From an uncultured Actinomycetes bacterium (lineage in GTDB: Bacteria; Actinomycetota; Thermoleophilia; Gaiellales; JAICJC01): a DNA stretch of 64,000 bases. The notes below the pieces were generated by a model that saw only the letters and a list, made by a program, of their open reading frames with translations, was not told where the DNA came from and did no database searches. The stretch lies in the NCBI GenBank assembly GCA_963805545.1, contig CAWDUU010000002.1:1859-65858 (forward strand). The letters are read 5' to 3'. Shown one piece after another: positions 19,520 through 29,087 of this stretch. A program made the translations under genes and the position numbers. How positions within the stretch are numbered: the stretch's first letter is position 1; each line of letters starts with the position of its first letter.

Positions 19520-19558
19520 GGGGATCGCCGCGCTCATCGCAGCAGCGCGGCGATCCCC
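19520..19558. terminator. 15-bp perfect stem-loop between convergent genes (bidirectional terminator candidate)
   Basis: GGGGATCGCCGCGCT (19520-19534), a 9-nt loop, then AGCGCGGCGATCCCC (19544-19558). The right arm lies in the last codons (EGIAALL) of the minus-strand gene. Confidence 0.55.
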
Positions 19559-20547
19559 TCCGCCGCCCCCAGGGGGCGCCGGGCCGGGCCCTCCACAGGC
19601 GTGATCTCGGCGCCGGCGTGGAGGGCGCGCTCGATCAGATCCTCGGCCGGGTCGCGGTCGACCCACCCGTTCGCCGGCCGCCGCCCGGGGAGGCGGTACT
19701 CCCGCTCCGCGTCGATCAGCAGATGCTTCACCTGCCGGCGGTCGAGCGCCCTGCGGGTGCGCCCCGGGCCGAGCACGGCAGCGCCGCCGCCGAAGGCGGT
19801 CTCGATCGTCCGCTCGACGAGCCGCCACTCGTACCGCCGCTGGGCCTCGTGCAGCGCTCCGCCGACCGCGGCGGCAAGCCCCCGCGGCCCCAGCCCGGCG
19901 ACGGGACGCGTGACGACCGAGACCTCGCACCCGGGCGGCGCCGCCGACCGGGCCAGGATGTGCGGGAGCCGGCCATCGCCGGCCACGACCACCCGCGTCC
20001 AGCCGCGCTCGTCGGCCGCGGCGCGCACCTCGACCGCGAGGCTGCGCGAGATCCGGCTCGCGCGCCGGCCGGGGCGACCGTACTCGCCGACCGGCTCGAC
20101 CGCTCCCATCCGCCATGAGAGGACTCGCGTCGAGCGCCCCTCGGCCACGATCACGCCGGCCGGGCGCCCCTCGTCGAGCGCCGCCACCAGCGGGCGCACG
20201 TACGCGGTCGCGTCGAGGACGGCCGTGATCCCGACCGGCATGCCGACCTCGACCTCGAACACCTCCTCGGTCGAGAGCGGCGCGAAGAACGCGCGGCCCT
20301 GTGCCCGCCCCTCGAGCAGGCGAACGAGCGCCGGCCGGATCCGGTGCATGCAGCGGCGCTGGGCCGCGACGAGGTCGTCGTCGCCGGCCGTCGCGAGCTC
20401 GCCGTCGAGCCGCCGCAACTCGCCGGCGATCGAGACGGCGCGCACCAGCCGCCCGTTTCCGTTCTCGGGCGGATCGGCGTAGACGGACAGGACGCCGACC
20501 GGATCACCGATCCCGTCGATCGCGCGGATGTCGTCCCAGTTCAGCAT
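19534..20547 (-). CDS. Bacterial eRF1/Pelota-like (baeRF / Vms1-Ankzf1-type) protein
   Basis: Shine-Dalgarno CAGGGAGGAACC before ATG 20547. Central VIVAEGRSTRVLSW block, then GPGRTRRALDRRQVKHLLID and a terminal EGIAALLR, like eRF1/Pelota domains 2-3 (G...v..al..g.v..Ll, GigAiLRy). No GGQ motif. Confidence 0.55.
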   Translation of the reverse strand: MLNWDDIRAIDGIGDPVGVLSVYADPPENGNGRLVRAVSIAGELRRLDGELATAGDDDLVAAQRRCMHRIRPALVRLLEGRAQGRAFFAPLSTEEVFEVEVGMPVGITAVLDATAYVRPLVAALDEGRPAGVIVAEGRSTRVLSWRMGAVEPVGEYGRPGRRASRISRSLAVEVRAAADERGWTRVVVAGDGRLPHILARSAAPPGCEVSVVTRPVAGLGPRGLAAAVGGALHEAQRRYEWRLVERTIETAFGGGAAVLGPGRTRRALDRRQVKHLLIDAEREYRLPGRRPANGWVDRDPAEDLIERALHAGAEITPVEGPARRPLGAAEGIAALLR

Positions 20548-20772
20548 GGTTCCTCCCTGAGGGTCGGGTGCCGGAGCGAGGCGAGCGTGGCCGCGACTCC
20601 GAAGGTCTCGCCCGCCGCGGGGGCCGGCGCGCCGGGCTCGAAAGCCGTCCTGACGACGCTGCCGTTTGGTGGGCTACTCCCCTTCCACCTGCGACTGTAG
20701 CCGCGATGGGCCCCGGCTGCCGGCCGCGTCCAACGGGCTCCCAATCGGAAAAGTGAGAAACCGTGTGCGGTA

Positions 20773-22992
20773 ATGCTCAAGGCGGCCGAAACGGCGTCCG
20801 ATAGTGCGTGCATGGCTACCCCCGGCCGCCTGGACGCGCTCTTCGACCTGTCGCGGAAGCTGGCGTCCTGCCTGGATCTCGACGACGTCCTGCGCGAGGT
20901 CGGGCTGTGCGCATCCGCCCTCACCGGCGCGCATGCCGTCTCGCTCGAGCGCTACGACCGCGAGGCCCGCGCGCTGGTCGCGTTCGGGAGCGGCACGCCG
21001 GCCTCCGACGCCGACGCCGACGTCGCCCGGCGGGTGCTGAAGACGCACGACGCCGAAGTCGTGGAGACCGGGGACGGCTCCTCGCTCGTGGCCGCGCTCG
21101 TCTCGCGCGGCGAGGCGGTCGGCGTCATGCGGATCCGCTACAACGAGCGGCACGAGTTCGCCCGCCACGAGATCGAGTTCTTCCAGTCGCTGGCCGACGT
21201 CGTTGCGAGCGCGATCGCAAACGCGCTCCTGTACGCCCGGCTGACCCGCGACATCGCCGAGCGCGAGCGGGCCGAGAAGGAGCTTCGCGCGGCGGAGTGG
21301 CGCTACCGGAAGCTGGTCGAGGACATGCCGGTCGGCACCTACGTGAACTCGCTCGATGGGCTCGTGACCTATATCAGCCCCCACATCGAGCCCGTCCTCG
21401 GCTACCCGCCGGAGGACTGGGTGCGCGACGGCGGGACGCTGTTCTCGCGGATCCTGCACCCGGACGACCGCGAGTGGGTCGAGGCCCGGTCGGCGCAGTG
21501 CCAGGAGGACCGTACCGTCTTCGAGGAGGAGTACCGCCTCCTCGCCTACGACGGGCGCACGGTCTGGGTGCTCGACCGCACCGTGCAGGTGTGCGCGCCC
21601 GACGGCACACCGCTCTTCCGCCAGGGCTTCCTGCTCGACATCACCGAGCGCAAGTGCGCCGAGGAGCGGCTGGCCCACCTCGCCTACCACGATCCGCTGA
21701 CCGGCCTTCCGAACCGGGCGATGTTCAACGAGCACCTCGAGCTGGTGCTCGCCCGGGCGCGGCGGACGGGGTCGGGTGCGGCCGTGCTCTTCATCGATCT
21801 CGACGACTTCAAGCTCGTGAACGACAGCTTCGGCCATTCGGCCGGCGACGAGCTTCTGCGCCAGGTCGCCGGCCGGCTCGGGTCGGTCACGCGCGCCGGC
21901 GACCTCGTCGCGCGGCAGGGCGGCGACGAGTTCCTCGTCCTGATCGGCGACTTCGACGGCCACCGGGCCGAGCCGGAGTGGATGCGCACGGCCTGCGACC
22001 AGATCGCCCGCAAGGTGCGTTCGGCGCTGCATGCCCCGTTCATGGTCGCCGGCACCGAACTGCACACGAGCGCGTCAATTGGCATCTCGATGTTCCCGGT
22101 CGACGCCGCCGACGCCGAGGGCATGCTGAAGAACGGCGACATCGCCATGTACAAGGTCAAGGAGTCCGGGCGTGACGGCTACCAGCTCTTCGCCTCCGAC
22201 GGGCACGACCGGGTGGCGCAGCTCTCGATGGCCGGGCGCCTGCGCGGCGCCGTCGCGCGCGGCGAGATGGTGCTCCACTACCAGCCGCTGACCGAGCTCG
22301 AGACGGGGTGTGTCGTGGGCGTCGAGGCGCTCGTCCGCTGGAACGACCCCGCGCGCGGCATGGTGCCGCCGATGGAGTTCATCCCGCTTGCCGAGCGCAC
22401 CGGCGTCATCGGGCCGCTGTCGGACTGGGTCATCGAGGAGGCCTGTCGCCAGGGCGCCGAGTGGCGCGCGCAGGGACTCGACATCTACGTGTCGGTGAAC
22501 ATGCCGCCCGCGCTGTGGCAGCCGACCGCGATGCGGCACGTCCTGAAGACGATCGAGCAGTTCGGCCTGCACGCCGGGCGGCTCATGATCGAGATCACCG
22601 AGTCGGCGATCGGCGAGGACGGCGCCCGGATCGAGCCGATCCTGAACGAGCTCCACGAGCGCGGCCTGCGCCTGGCAATCGACGACTTCGGCACCGGCCA
22701 TTCGTCACTCTCGCGCCTCTCGCAGATGATGGTGACGACTCTCAAGATCGACCGCTCCTTCGTGCACGACCTTCCGAACGACGCGAGCGCCGCGGTCCTC
22801 GTCTCGGCCATCATCCAGCTGGCCCGGAAACTCGGGCTCCAGCCGCTCGCCGAGGGCATCGAGACCGAGGAGCAGCGCGCGTTCCTGCTTGCCGAAGGCT
22901 GCACGTTCGGCCAGGGCTTCCTCTTCTCGCCGGCCGTTCCCGCGGCCGAGATCGCACCGCTCGTGCGAAGCCGCGCCCGCCGCGCGGCCTGA
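20773..22992 (+). CDS. GAF-PAS-GGDEF-EAL c-di-GMP signalling protein
   Basis: GAF-like N-terminus, PAS (WRYRKLVEDMPVG...), GGDEF (RQGGDEFLVL) and EAL (EALVRW, DDFGTGHSSL). The start could instead be ATG 20812. Confidence 0.9.
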   Translation: MLKAAETASDSACMATPGRLDALFDLSRKLASCLDLDDVLREVGLCASALTGAHAVSLERYDREARALVAFGSGTPASDADADVARRVLKTHDAEVVETGDGSSLVAALVSRGEAVGVMRIRYNERHEFARHEIEFFQSLADVVASAIANALLYARLTRDIAERERAEKELRAAEWRYRKLVEDMPVGTYVNSLDGLVTYISPHIEPVLGYPPEDWVRDGGTLFSRILHPDDREWVEARSAQCQEDRTVFEEEYRLLAYDGRTVWVLDRTVQVCAPDGTPLFRQGFLLDITERKCAEERLAHLAYHDPLTGLPNRAMFNEHLELVLARARRTGSGAAVLFIDLDDFKLVNDSFGHSAGDELLRQVAGRLGSVTRAGDLVARQGGDEFLVLIGDFDGHRAEPEWMRTACDQIARKVRSALHAPFMVAGTELHTSASIGISMFPVDAADAEGMLKNGDIAMYKVKESGRDGYQLFASDGHDRVAQLSMAGRLRGAVARGEMVLHYQPLTELETGCVVGVEALVRWNDPARGMVPPMEFIPLAERTGVIGPLSDWVIEEACRQGAEWRAQGLDIYVSVNMPPALWQPTAMRHVLKTIEQFGLHAGRLMIEITESAIGEDGARIEPILNELHERGLRLAIDDFGTGHSSLSRLSQMMVTTLKIDRSFVHDLPNDASAAVLVSAIIQLARKLGLQPLAEGIETEEQRAFLLAEGCTFGQGFLFSPAVPAAEIAPLVRSRARRAA

Positions 22993-22996
22993 TCCG

Positions 22997-23008
22997 CTAC
23001 CAGGTAAC
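22997..23008. repeat. Copy of the TTACC-N-GGTAA palindrome (CTACCAGGTAAC)
   Basis: Lies 5 nt after the GGDEF-EAL stop and about 60 nt upstream of ATG 23069. Same core as the sites at 63616 and 63745. Confidence 0.4.
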
Positions 23009-23068
23009 GCTCCGGCCTCGTTGCACCGTGTGACGGCATTGGCACAGACGGCGGGGGAGGGAGCGTGC

Positions 23069-23551
23069 ATGCTGGAGCGGATGGATGCACCGGCCTTCGA
23101 CTGCGCGATCTGCGGCCCGCGGACGCTCGGGGAGACCCGGCCGCTGGCGCTGGGGTACGGCGTCGGCGTCTGGGTGTGCGCCGAGCACGGATCGCCCGAC
23201 TTCCAGCGGCTGCACCGGGGCCGTGACTTCGTCGCCGCCTTCGAGCGGATCTGGGCGGCGAACGGCTGCCTGACGGCTTCGCGGCAGCGGGCGCTCGACG
23301 CGCACCTCCAGGCGCTTCGGCCCCGTGCCGGGACCCGGCCGCGTCCCGGAAGCCACGCCTGGGTGAGCCTGCGCAGGGAGGCCGAGCGCCGCTTCGCCGC
23401 CGGCGAGCTCCCGCGACCGGTGATCGACGAGCTGCGGGAGCTCGTCGCCGGGTACGGCGCGAACCCGCCGAGCGAGCGGACGATGATGCGCTGGTTCTCG
23501 GAGCGCCGCTGGCTTACGAACGGCGGAAGAGCCGAGCGAGCCTGGCTCTGA
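23069..23551 (+). CDS. Hypothetical protein with CxxC...CxxH zinc-finger-like N-terminus
   Basis: GGGGGAGGGA Shine-Dalgarno before ATG 23069. FDCAICGP...WVCAEHG. The 3' end overlaps the convergent coxG-like gene by about 38 nt. No family recognised. Confidence 0.4.
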   Translation: MLERMDAPAFDCAICGPRTLGETRPLALGYGVGVWVCAEHGSPDFQRLHRGRDFVAAFERIWAANGCLTASRQRALDAHLQALRPRAGTRPRPGSHAWVSLRREAERRFAAGELPRPVIDELRELVAGYGANPPSERTMMRWFSERRWLTNGGRAERAWL

Positions 23552-24086
23552 GAGCCTTCCAGAGGAGGGGCAGGGCCTTGACCTCGCTCGGCGGCTCGCT
23601 CGGCTTCGCCTCGGGAGCCGCCGAGGCCGCCGGCGCCGGCCCCGCCATCCGCGCGCTCAGGCAGGCGGCGAAGTCGTCGACCATCGAGCCGGCGACGTCC
23701 TGCATGATGCCGGCGCCCATCTGGGCGACCCGGCCCGTGACCATGAGGTCGGTCGTGACGGTGGCCTTCGAGCCGCCCGCTCCGTCCTCGGCCACCGCCA
23801 GCCCCAGCGTCGCCTCGGCCGTCCCCTGGCCGCGCTGCTCGCGGGCCCGCACGCGCATCGAGGCCGTGTGGGCCGCATCGTCGCGCTCGATCACGTGCAC
23901 CGTCCCGCCGTAGGTCATGCGGATCGGCCCGACCTTGACGGCGACCGTCGCCTCCAGGCCGCCGTCCTCGGTGTCCTCGCCGATCGAGGCTCCCGGCAGG
24001 CACCCGGCGACGCCGCGGACGTCCATCAGGGTCGCGAAGACCTCGTCCGGCGCCGCCGGGGCCGTGAACTCGTTCGAGAACTGCAC
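23514..24086 (-). CDS. SRPBCC / CoxG-family subunit
   Basis: MQFSNEFTAPAAPDEVFATLMDVRGVAGCLPGA... is typical of CoxG. Last gene of the molybdo-hydroxylase operon. Confidence 0.8.
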   Translation of the reverse strand: MQFSNEFTAPAAPDEVFATLMDVRGVAGCLPGASIGEDTEDGGLEATVAVKVGPIRMTYGGTVHVIERDDAAHTASMRVRAREQRGQGTAEATLGLAVAEDGAGGSKATVTTDLMVTGRVAQMGAGIMQDVAGSMVDDFAACLSARMAGPAPAASAAPEAKPSEPPSEVKALPLLWKALRARLARLFRRS

Positions 24087-24089
24087 CGG

Positions 24090-24908
24090 CTACCGCGCCA
24101 TCGCCGCTTCGAGCGCCCGTCGCACCAGCACCCGCGCGAGGTGGGCCCGGTACTCGCCCGACGCCGCCGTGTCGGACGGCGGGTCGAGCCCGTCCGCGGC
24201 ATGCGCCGCCGCCTCGGCCGCGTTCGAGCCCGAGAAGGCCGCCTCGGCCGCCGCAGCCCGCACCGGCTTCGAGCCGACCCCCGTCAGCGCGATCCGCGCG
24301 GACGACCCGTCGACGACCGCCGCCGCCCCGACGATCGCCCAGTCCTGGGCCCGCCGGTTGAACTTGACGTAGGCGCTCTTCGCCGCCTTCGGGACGCGCA
24401 CCGCGGTGATGATCTCGTCCTGCGAAAGCGACGTCTGGAGGTAGTCGACGAAGAGGTCGGCCGCGGCGATCGTGCGCTGCCCGTTCGGGCCCTCCGCGCT
24501 CACGTCGCCCTCGAGCGCCAGAAGCACGGCCGGCAGGTCGCCGTGCGGGTCGGCGTTGGCGAGCGAGCCGCCGATCGTCCCCCGGTTTCGCACCTGCGGG
24601 TCGCCGATGCCGGCCGCCGTCTCGGCGAGGATCGGGCAGCCGCTCACGACGGCGTGCGACCCGGCCACCTGGGCGTGGGTCGTGAGCGCGCCGATCGTGA
24701 TCGAGTCGGGCGTGTCGGTGATGCCGCGCAGCGACGCGATCGCGCCGATGTCGATGAGCGCGTCGGGGGCCGCGAGGCGCAGCTTCATCAGCGGCACCAG
24801 CGAGTGCCCGCCCGCCAGGACGCGCGCCTCGCCGCCGTGCTTTCCGAGCATCGCGATCGCGTCGGCGACCGATGCCGGCTGCTCGTAGTCGAACGCGTGC
24901 GGGATCAC
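24090..24908 (-). CDS. FAD-binding medium subunit (CoxM / xanthine dehydrogenase family subunit M)
   Basis: FDYEQPASVADAIAML...ARVLAGGHSLVPLMKLR. Its start overlaps the large-subunit stop (ATGA). Confidence 0.85.
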   Translation of the reverse strand: MIPHAFDYEQPASVADAIAMLGKHGGEARVLAGGHSLVPLMKLRLAAPDALIDIGAIASLRGITDTPDSITIGALTTHAQVAGSHAVVSGCPILAETAAGIGDPQVRNRGTIGGSLANADPHGDLPAVLLALEGDVSAEGPNGQRTIAAADLFVDYLQTSLSQDEIITAVRVPKAAKSAYVKFNRRAQDWAIVGAAAVVDGSSARIALTGVGSKPVRAAAAEAAFSGSNAAEAAAHAADGLDPPSDTAASGEYRAHLARVLVRRALEAAMAR

Positions 24909-27253
24909 GCCGCACCCCCCTTCTCCATCGCCCGCCAGACCGTCTCCGGATGGAGCGGCATGTCGAGGTCGCGGACGCCGAGCGCGTTGCAGACGGCCCC
25001 CACGACGGCGGGCGTCGAAGCGATCGTGCCGGCCTCGCCGATCCCCTTCACGCCGAGCGGGTTCGTCGGCGACGGCGTCACCGTGCGGTGGGTCTGGATC
25101 GACGGCGCCTCGACCGCCGACGGGATGACGTACTCGACCAGCGACCCCGTGAGGAGCTGCCCGTTCGCGTCGTAGACGGCGCCCTCGTAGAGCGCCTGGC
25201 CGATGCCGTGCACGACGCCGCCGTGCACCTGGCCGTCGACGATCATCGGGTTGATGACGTTGCCGCAGTCGTCAACGGCGATGTAGCCCGTGATCTCGAC
25301 CTTGCCGGTCTCCCTGTCGACCTCCACCTCGCAGCCGTGGGCGCCGAACGGGAAGACGCAGTTCGGCGGGTCGAAGAAGACCGTCTCGTCGAGCCCCGGC
25401 GTCACGCCCTCGGGCATGTTGAACGCCTGCCAGGCCCGGAACGCCACCTCCTGCATCGTGACGCTCCTGTCGGGGCTGCCCTTGACCGAGAACGTGCCGC
25501 CCGAGAACTCCAGGTCGTCGGACGACGCCTCGAGCATCTGGGCCGCCACGAGCTGGGCCTTCTCGCGCACCTTGGTCGCCGCCAGGTGGACGGCCGTGCC
25601 GCCCACGGCCAGGCTGCGGCTCCCGTAGGTGCCGAGCCCGTACGGCGCGAACGCCGTGTCGCCGTGGATCACCTCGACGTCGTCGAACGGGATGCCGAGC
25701 TCGGTCTCGACGATCTGCGACCACGACGTGGCGTGCCCCTGGCCGTGCGGCGAGGTGCCGGTGATCACCGTGACCTTGCCGGTCGGGTGCATCCGCACCG
25801 TCGAGCTCTCCCAGCCGCCCGGCGTGAGGCCGAGCGCGCTTCGGGCCACGTCCGACGGCACGAAGCCGCACACCTCGACCCACGTCGAGAGCCCGCGCCC
25901 GAGCAGCTTCCCGCGCCCGGCGGCCTCCTCGCGCCGCTTCTCGAAGTCCGCCTTCGAGTCGGAGAGCTCGAGCAGCTTGTCGAGCGTCTTTCCGTAGTCG
26001 CCCGAGTCGTACATGAGCCCGATCGCGGTCGTGAACGGGAACTCCTCGGGGAAGTTCCGCCGCCGCACCTCGGTGCGGCTCATCCCCAGCTCGAGCGCCA
26101 GGATGTCCATCATCCGCTCGATGGCGTGGGTCGCCTCCGGGCGGCCGGCGCCGCGCAGGGCGTCGGTCGGCACCGTGTTCGTGTAGACGTTCGTGACGGT
26201 GACGTCGACCTCCGGGATCGCGTAGGCGCCCGGCGACATGAGCAGCGTGAGCTGCGAGATGAGCGGCGTCAGCATCTGGAGGTAGGAGCCGTAGTCCTGG
26301 ACGTAGTGGGCCCGCATCGCGAGCACCTTGCCGTCCTTCGTGGCTGCCAGCTCCATGTGGGCGTCCTGGGCCCGCCCGTGGCAGGTCGCCAGCATCGCCT
26401 CGGAGCGCTCCTCGATCCACTTGACCGGCGCGCCGATCTTGCGCGACGCGGCGGCCGCGATGAACTCCTCGGCGTACGCGTTCAGCTTCGAGCCGAAGCC
26501 GCCGCCCACGTCGGGTGCGATCGCCCGCACCTTGGCCTCGCTCACGCCGCACACGATCGCCAGGAACGTCCGCAGGAAGTGCGGCACCTGGGTCGAGCTG
26601 TAGACCACGAGCTCGTCGGAGGCCGTGTTCCAGTCGGCGACCACGCCGCGCGTCTCGATCGGGACGTGGATCAGGCGCTGGTTTCGGATCGTCTGCTTCA
26701 CGACCACGTCGGCCTTTGCGAACGCCTCCTCGACGTTGTCGGTCCTGTGCGCGAGCACGAGGCCGACGTTCGAGTCGAGCTCCTCGTGGATCCGGGGCGC
26801 CCCCTCGGCCAGCGCCTGCTCGGGCGTGATCGCCGCCGGCAGCGGCGTGTAGGACACCTCGACCATGGCGGCCGCGTCGGCGGCCGTGTAACGGTCGGCG
26901 GCCAGCACCACCGCGACCGGCTCGCCCGCGTGGCGCACCCTCCCCCTGGCCAGCGGCGGGCGCACCGGGTGCACCATCTCGCCCGTCGGGTTCGAGGCGC
27001 ACGGGACGCCGGCCGCGAACTCCAGGTCGTCGCCGGTGAGGACGGCCGTGACGCCGGGCATCGACCGGGCCTTCGACGTGTCGATGCCGGTGATGTCGGC
27101 GTGTGCGTGGGTGCTGCGCACGACCGCCATGTGCTGCATGCCCGGGAGCTTCAGGTCGTCGACGAACCGCCCCTTCCCGGTGAGAAGCTTCTTGTCCTCC
27201 TTGCGGTGGACGGCCTGCCCGATGCCCTTCGACTGCTCGGTCGCGATCGCCAT
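24905..27253 (-). CDS. Molybdopterin-binding large subunit, form-II CoxL-like (substrate unknown)
   Basis: ATG 27253 ([33 protein letters not shown]). The active-site loop reads TDALRGAGRPEA, close to AYRGAGR of form II and unlike AYRCSFR of form I CO dehydrogenases. Confidence 0.9.
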   Translation of the reverse strand: MAIATEQSKGIGQAVHRKEDKKLLTGKGRFVDDLKLPGMQHMAVVRSTHAHADITGIDTSKARSMPGVTAVLTGDDLEFAAGVPCASNPTGEMVHPVRPPLARGRVRHAGEPVAVVLAADRYTAADAAAMVEVSYTPLPAAITPEQALAEGAPRIHEELDSNVGLVLAHRTDNVEEAFAKADVVVKQTIRNQRLIHVPIETRGVVADWNTASDELVVYSSTQVPHFLRTFLAIVCGVSEAKVRAIAPDVGGGFGSKLNAYAEEFIAAAASRKIGAPVKWIEERSEAMLATCHGRAQDAHMELAATKDGKVLAMRAHYVQDYGSYLQMLTPLISQLTLLMSPGAYAIPEVDVTVTNVYTNTVPTDALRGAGRPEATHAIERMMDILALELGMSRTEVRRRNFPEEFPFTTAIGLMYDSGDYGKTLDKLLELSDSKADFEKRREEAAGRGKLLGRGLSTWVEVCGFVPSDVARSALGLTPGGWESSTVRMHPTGKVTVITGTSPHGQGHATSWSQIVETELGIPFDDVEVIHGDTAFAPYGLGTYGSRSLAVGGTAVHLAATKVREKAQLVAAQMLEASSDDLEFSGGTFSVKGSPDRSVTMQEVAFRAWQAFNMPEGVTPGLDETVFFDPPNCVFPFGAHGCEVEVDRETGKVEITGYIAVDDCGNVINPMIVDGQVHGGVVHGIGQALYEGAVYDANGQLLTGSLVEYVIPSAVEAPSIQTHRTVTPSPTNPLGVKGIGEAGTIASTPAVVGAVCNALGVRDLDMPLHPETVWRAMEKGGAA

Positions 27254-27723
27254 CAGACCGTCACCCCCGCGGCCGCGGTGCGCACCGCGGCGACGATGTT
27301 CTCGTAGCCGGTGCAGCGGCACAGGTTGCCCTCGAGGCCGCGCCGGATCTCGTCGTCGCTCGGGTCAGGGTTGTCCTCGAGCAGCTTGATCGCCGCCATC
27401 ACCATGCCCGGCGTGCAGTACCCGCACTGGAGCCCGTGGGTCTCGTGGAACGCGCGCTGCATCGGGTGCAGCTCGCCGTTCTCGGCAATCCCCTCGATGG
27501 TGGTCACGTCGGCCCCGTCGGCCTGCACGGCGAGGACGGTGCACGACTTGACGGCCATGCCGTCGAGCCAGACGGTGCACGCCCCGCAGTTCGACGTGTC
27601 GCAGCCGACGTGGGTGCCTGTCAGATTCAGGTGCTCACGGAGGAAGTGGACGAGCAGCGTGCGCGGCTCAACTCCCGTCGTGTGAGACACCCCGTTCACC
27701 GAGATGGTCACCGCCCGTTTCAC
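27253..27723 (-). CDS. [2Fe-2S]-binding small subunit (CoxS-like)
   Basis: GTG 27723 after [17 protein letters not shown] and QCGYCTPG...CRCTGY clusters. TGATG overlap with the large subunit. Confidence 0.9.
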   Translation of the reverse strand: MKRAVTISVNGVSHTTGVEPRTLLVHFLREHLNLTGTHVGCDTSNCGACTVWLDGMAVKSCTVLAVQADGADVTTIEGIAENGELHPMQRAFHETHGLQCGYCTPGMVMAAIKLLEDNPDPSDDEIRRGLEGNLCRCTGYENIVAAVRTAAAGVTV

Positions 27724-28153
27724 CGGATCTCCTTCCGCGGGGAGCCTGGATGTGAGTGCGCCGGATGGTCTACACCCTGGGCGACGCCGCTGCAAGGGGC
27801 CTCGAGCAATTTCACCACCCGTAAAGGAATCGTATGGACTCCGGGAAACACATTGACGCCCGTCCCGGGGTGGGCTATCTGGAGGGTATTGGGCACGGCG
27901 CCGCCGACTGTACGGGGGTCACGAGGCGGCGCCGCCCACAACTTCAGGGGGTCGTCACATGCTCGTCGCACCAATCGCAGCAACGGATCGCACCACGGAC
28001 GCCAGGATGGCGGCAAAGCACGCCGATGCCGCGCTCCGGCGCATGACCGTGGTCTCCGCCGCGGGCGACCGGCCGGCGTCGCGTGACACCAGGCGCTTCG
28101 AGCTCGCGCTCATCCGCCGAATCGCCTCCGCGCAGTAGGAGTCCTTCCCCCTC

Positions 28154-29086
28154 CTACAGCCGGAATGCCTTGGAAAGGCCCCGAGCCGAGCGGGCCTTTC
28201 CGAGGCATCTCCGGATGCCCAGCACCCGCTCCGTGGTTCGCAGGAGCGAGAAGTGGCTGTAGCGCCGGTATGACACCTTGCCGGCGGGCGTGTACGGGCT
28301 GACGACGACGGTCGCGATGCGGCCGTTTCGGGACGAGCCCTCGTCGAAGGTGAGGAAGACGGCCGTGTGCCCGGCGCGGTAGGCGCGGCTGCGCACGATC
28401 GTCCGCATCCACGCCGACACCCACAGGTCGCCCACGGCCACCGGGCAGCTGTGCATGTCGTGGCACAGGTTCGGCGTCACGAACATGTAGGCCGGCGTGC
28501 CGCGGCCGTCGAGCGCTCTTCGCAGCCGCCCCGTGGCCCGCGAGCCCAGCGGGACGACGTGCTTTTGGCATTGGCGGTCGCCGATCCGCCGGTAGTAGAC
28601 GGCCGGGTTGTGGCGCGCGGCGTAGAGGCCCGACGACGAGCGCGCGCACCGGCCCGGCATCGACTCCTGGTAGACGCGCCACTTCTTGCCGTGGCGGCCG
28701 AGCTGGGTGAAGATGCTCGCCCCCCGCATCGGGCACTGCCTGGGCATGCAGTTGCGGCGAAGGCCGTGCGTCGAGCCGCTCGTCATCGCGAGGTAATTCG
28801 GGAGGCTCGCCGTGGCGTTGTGGTGGTAGTTGGCGGCGAGGCCGCAGCGGTGCGCGAGCGAGGTGATGAACGGCGCGTGGCCGATGATCTCCGGGAACGA
28901 GTGGTTCTCGAGCGCGATCACGATCACGTGGCGGATGCGCGGGCGCCTGTGCGGCGTTCGCCCGCAGGCGTGCGGGGCACGCAGGTGCGGGAGCACCGAC
29001 ACGTCGGCGAGGCCCGGCGGCGGGGCAGTCGCGCCGGCCGCGAGCACGGCGGCGCAGGTTGCTGCGAGCGTGGTGCGGCGGAGCAC
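28154..29086 (-). CDS. Secreted phosphoesterase-family protein (acid phosphatase / phospholipase C type)
   Basis: Signal peptide. HVIVIALENHSF, LPNYLAMTSGST and FVTPNLCHDMHSC match phosphoesterase family blocks. Confidence 0.7.
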   Translation of the reverse strand: MLRRTTLAATCAAVLAAGATAPPPGLADVSVLPHLRAPHACGRTPHRRPRIRHVIVIALENHSFPEIIGHAPFITSLAHRCGLAANYHHNATASLPNYLAMTSGSTHGLRRNCMPRQCPMRGASIFTQLGRHGKKWRVYQESMPGRCARSSSGLYAARHNPAVYYRRIGDRQCQKHVVPLGSRATGRLRRALDGRGTPAYMFVTPNLCHDMHSCPVAVGDLWVSAWMRTIVRSRAYRAGHTAVFLTFDEGSSRNGRIATVVVSPYTPAGKVSYRRYSHFSLLRTTERVLGIRRCLGKARSARGLSKAFRL

Positions 29087-29087
29087 G

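Noticed and set aside
22889-23068. N-terminal extension of the zinc-finger-like ORF back to 22889.
   Set aside because: The extension overlaps the GGDEF-EAL 3' end and is Arg/Pro/Ser-rich. A strong Shine-Dalgarno precedes ATG 23069.
27724-27958. Possible Moco or other riboswitch in the roughly 110-nt leader upstream of coxS.
   Set aside because: I could not find the conserved Moco-motif sequence blocks or a convincing multi-stem structure by eye. It is probably just promoter and 5' UTR. An Infernal scan would settle it.
27959-28138. 59-codon plus-strand ORF (MLVAPIAATDRTTDARMAAKHADAALRR...) followed by a 17-bp hairpin at 28165-28208.
   Set aside because: Weak Shine-Dalgarno, no recognisable family, and an Ala/Arg-rich composition. 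The hairpin lies inside the 3' coding end of the phosphoesterase gene. The evidence is insufficient to call a gene.
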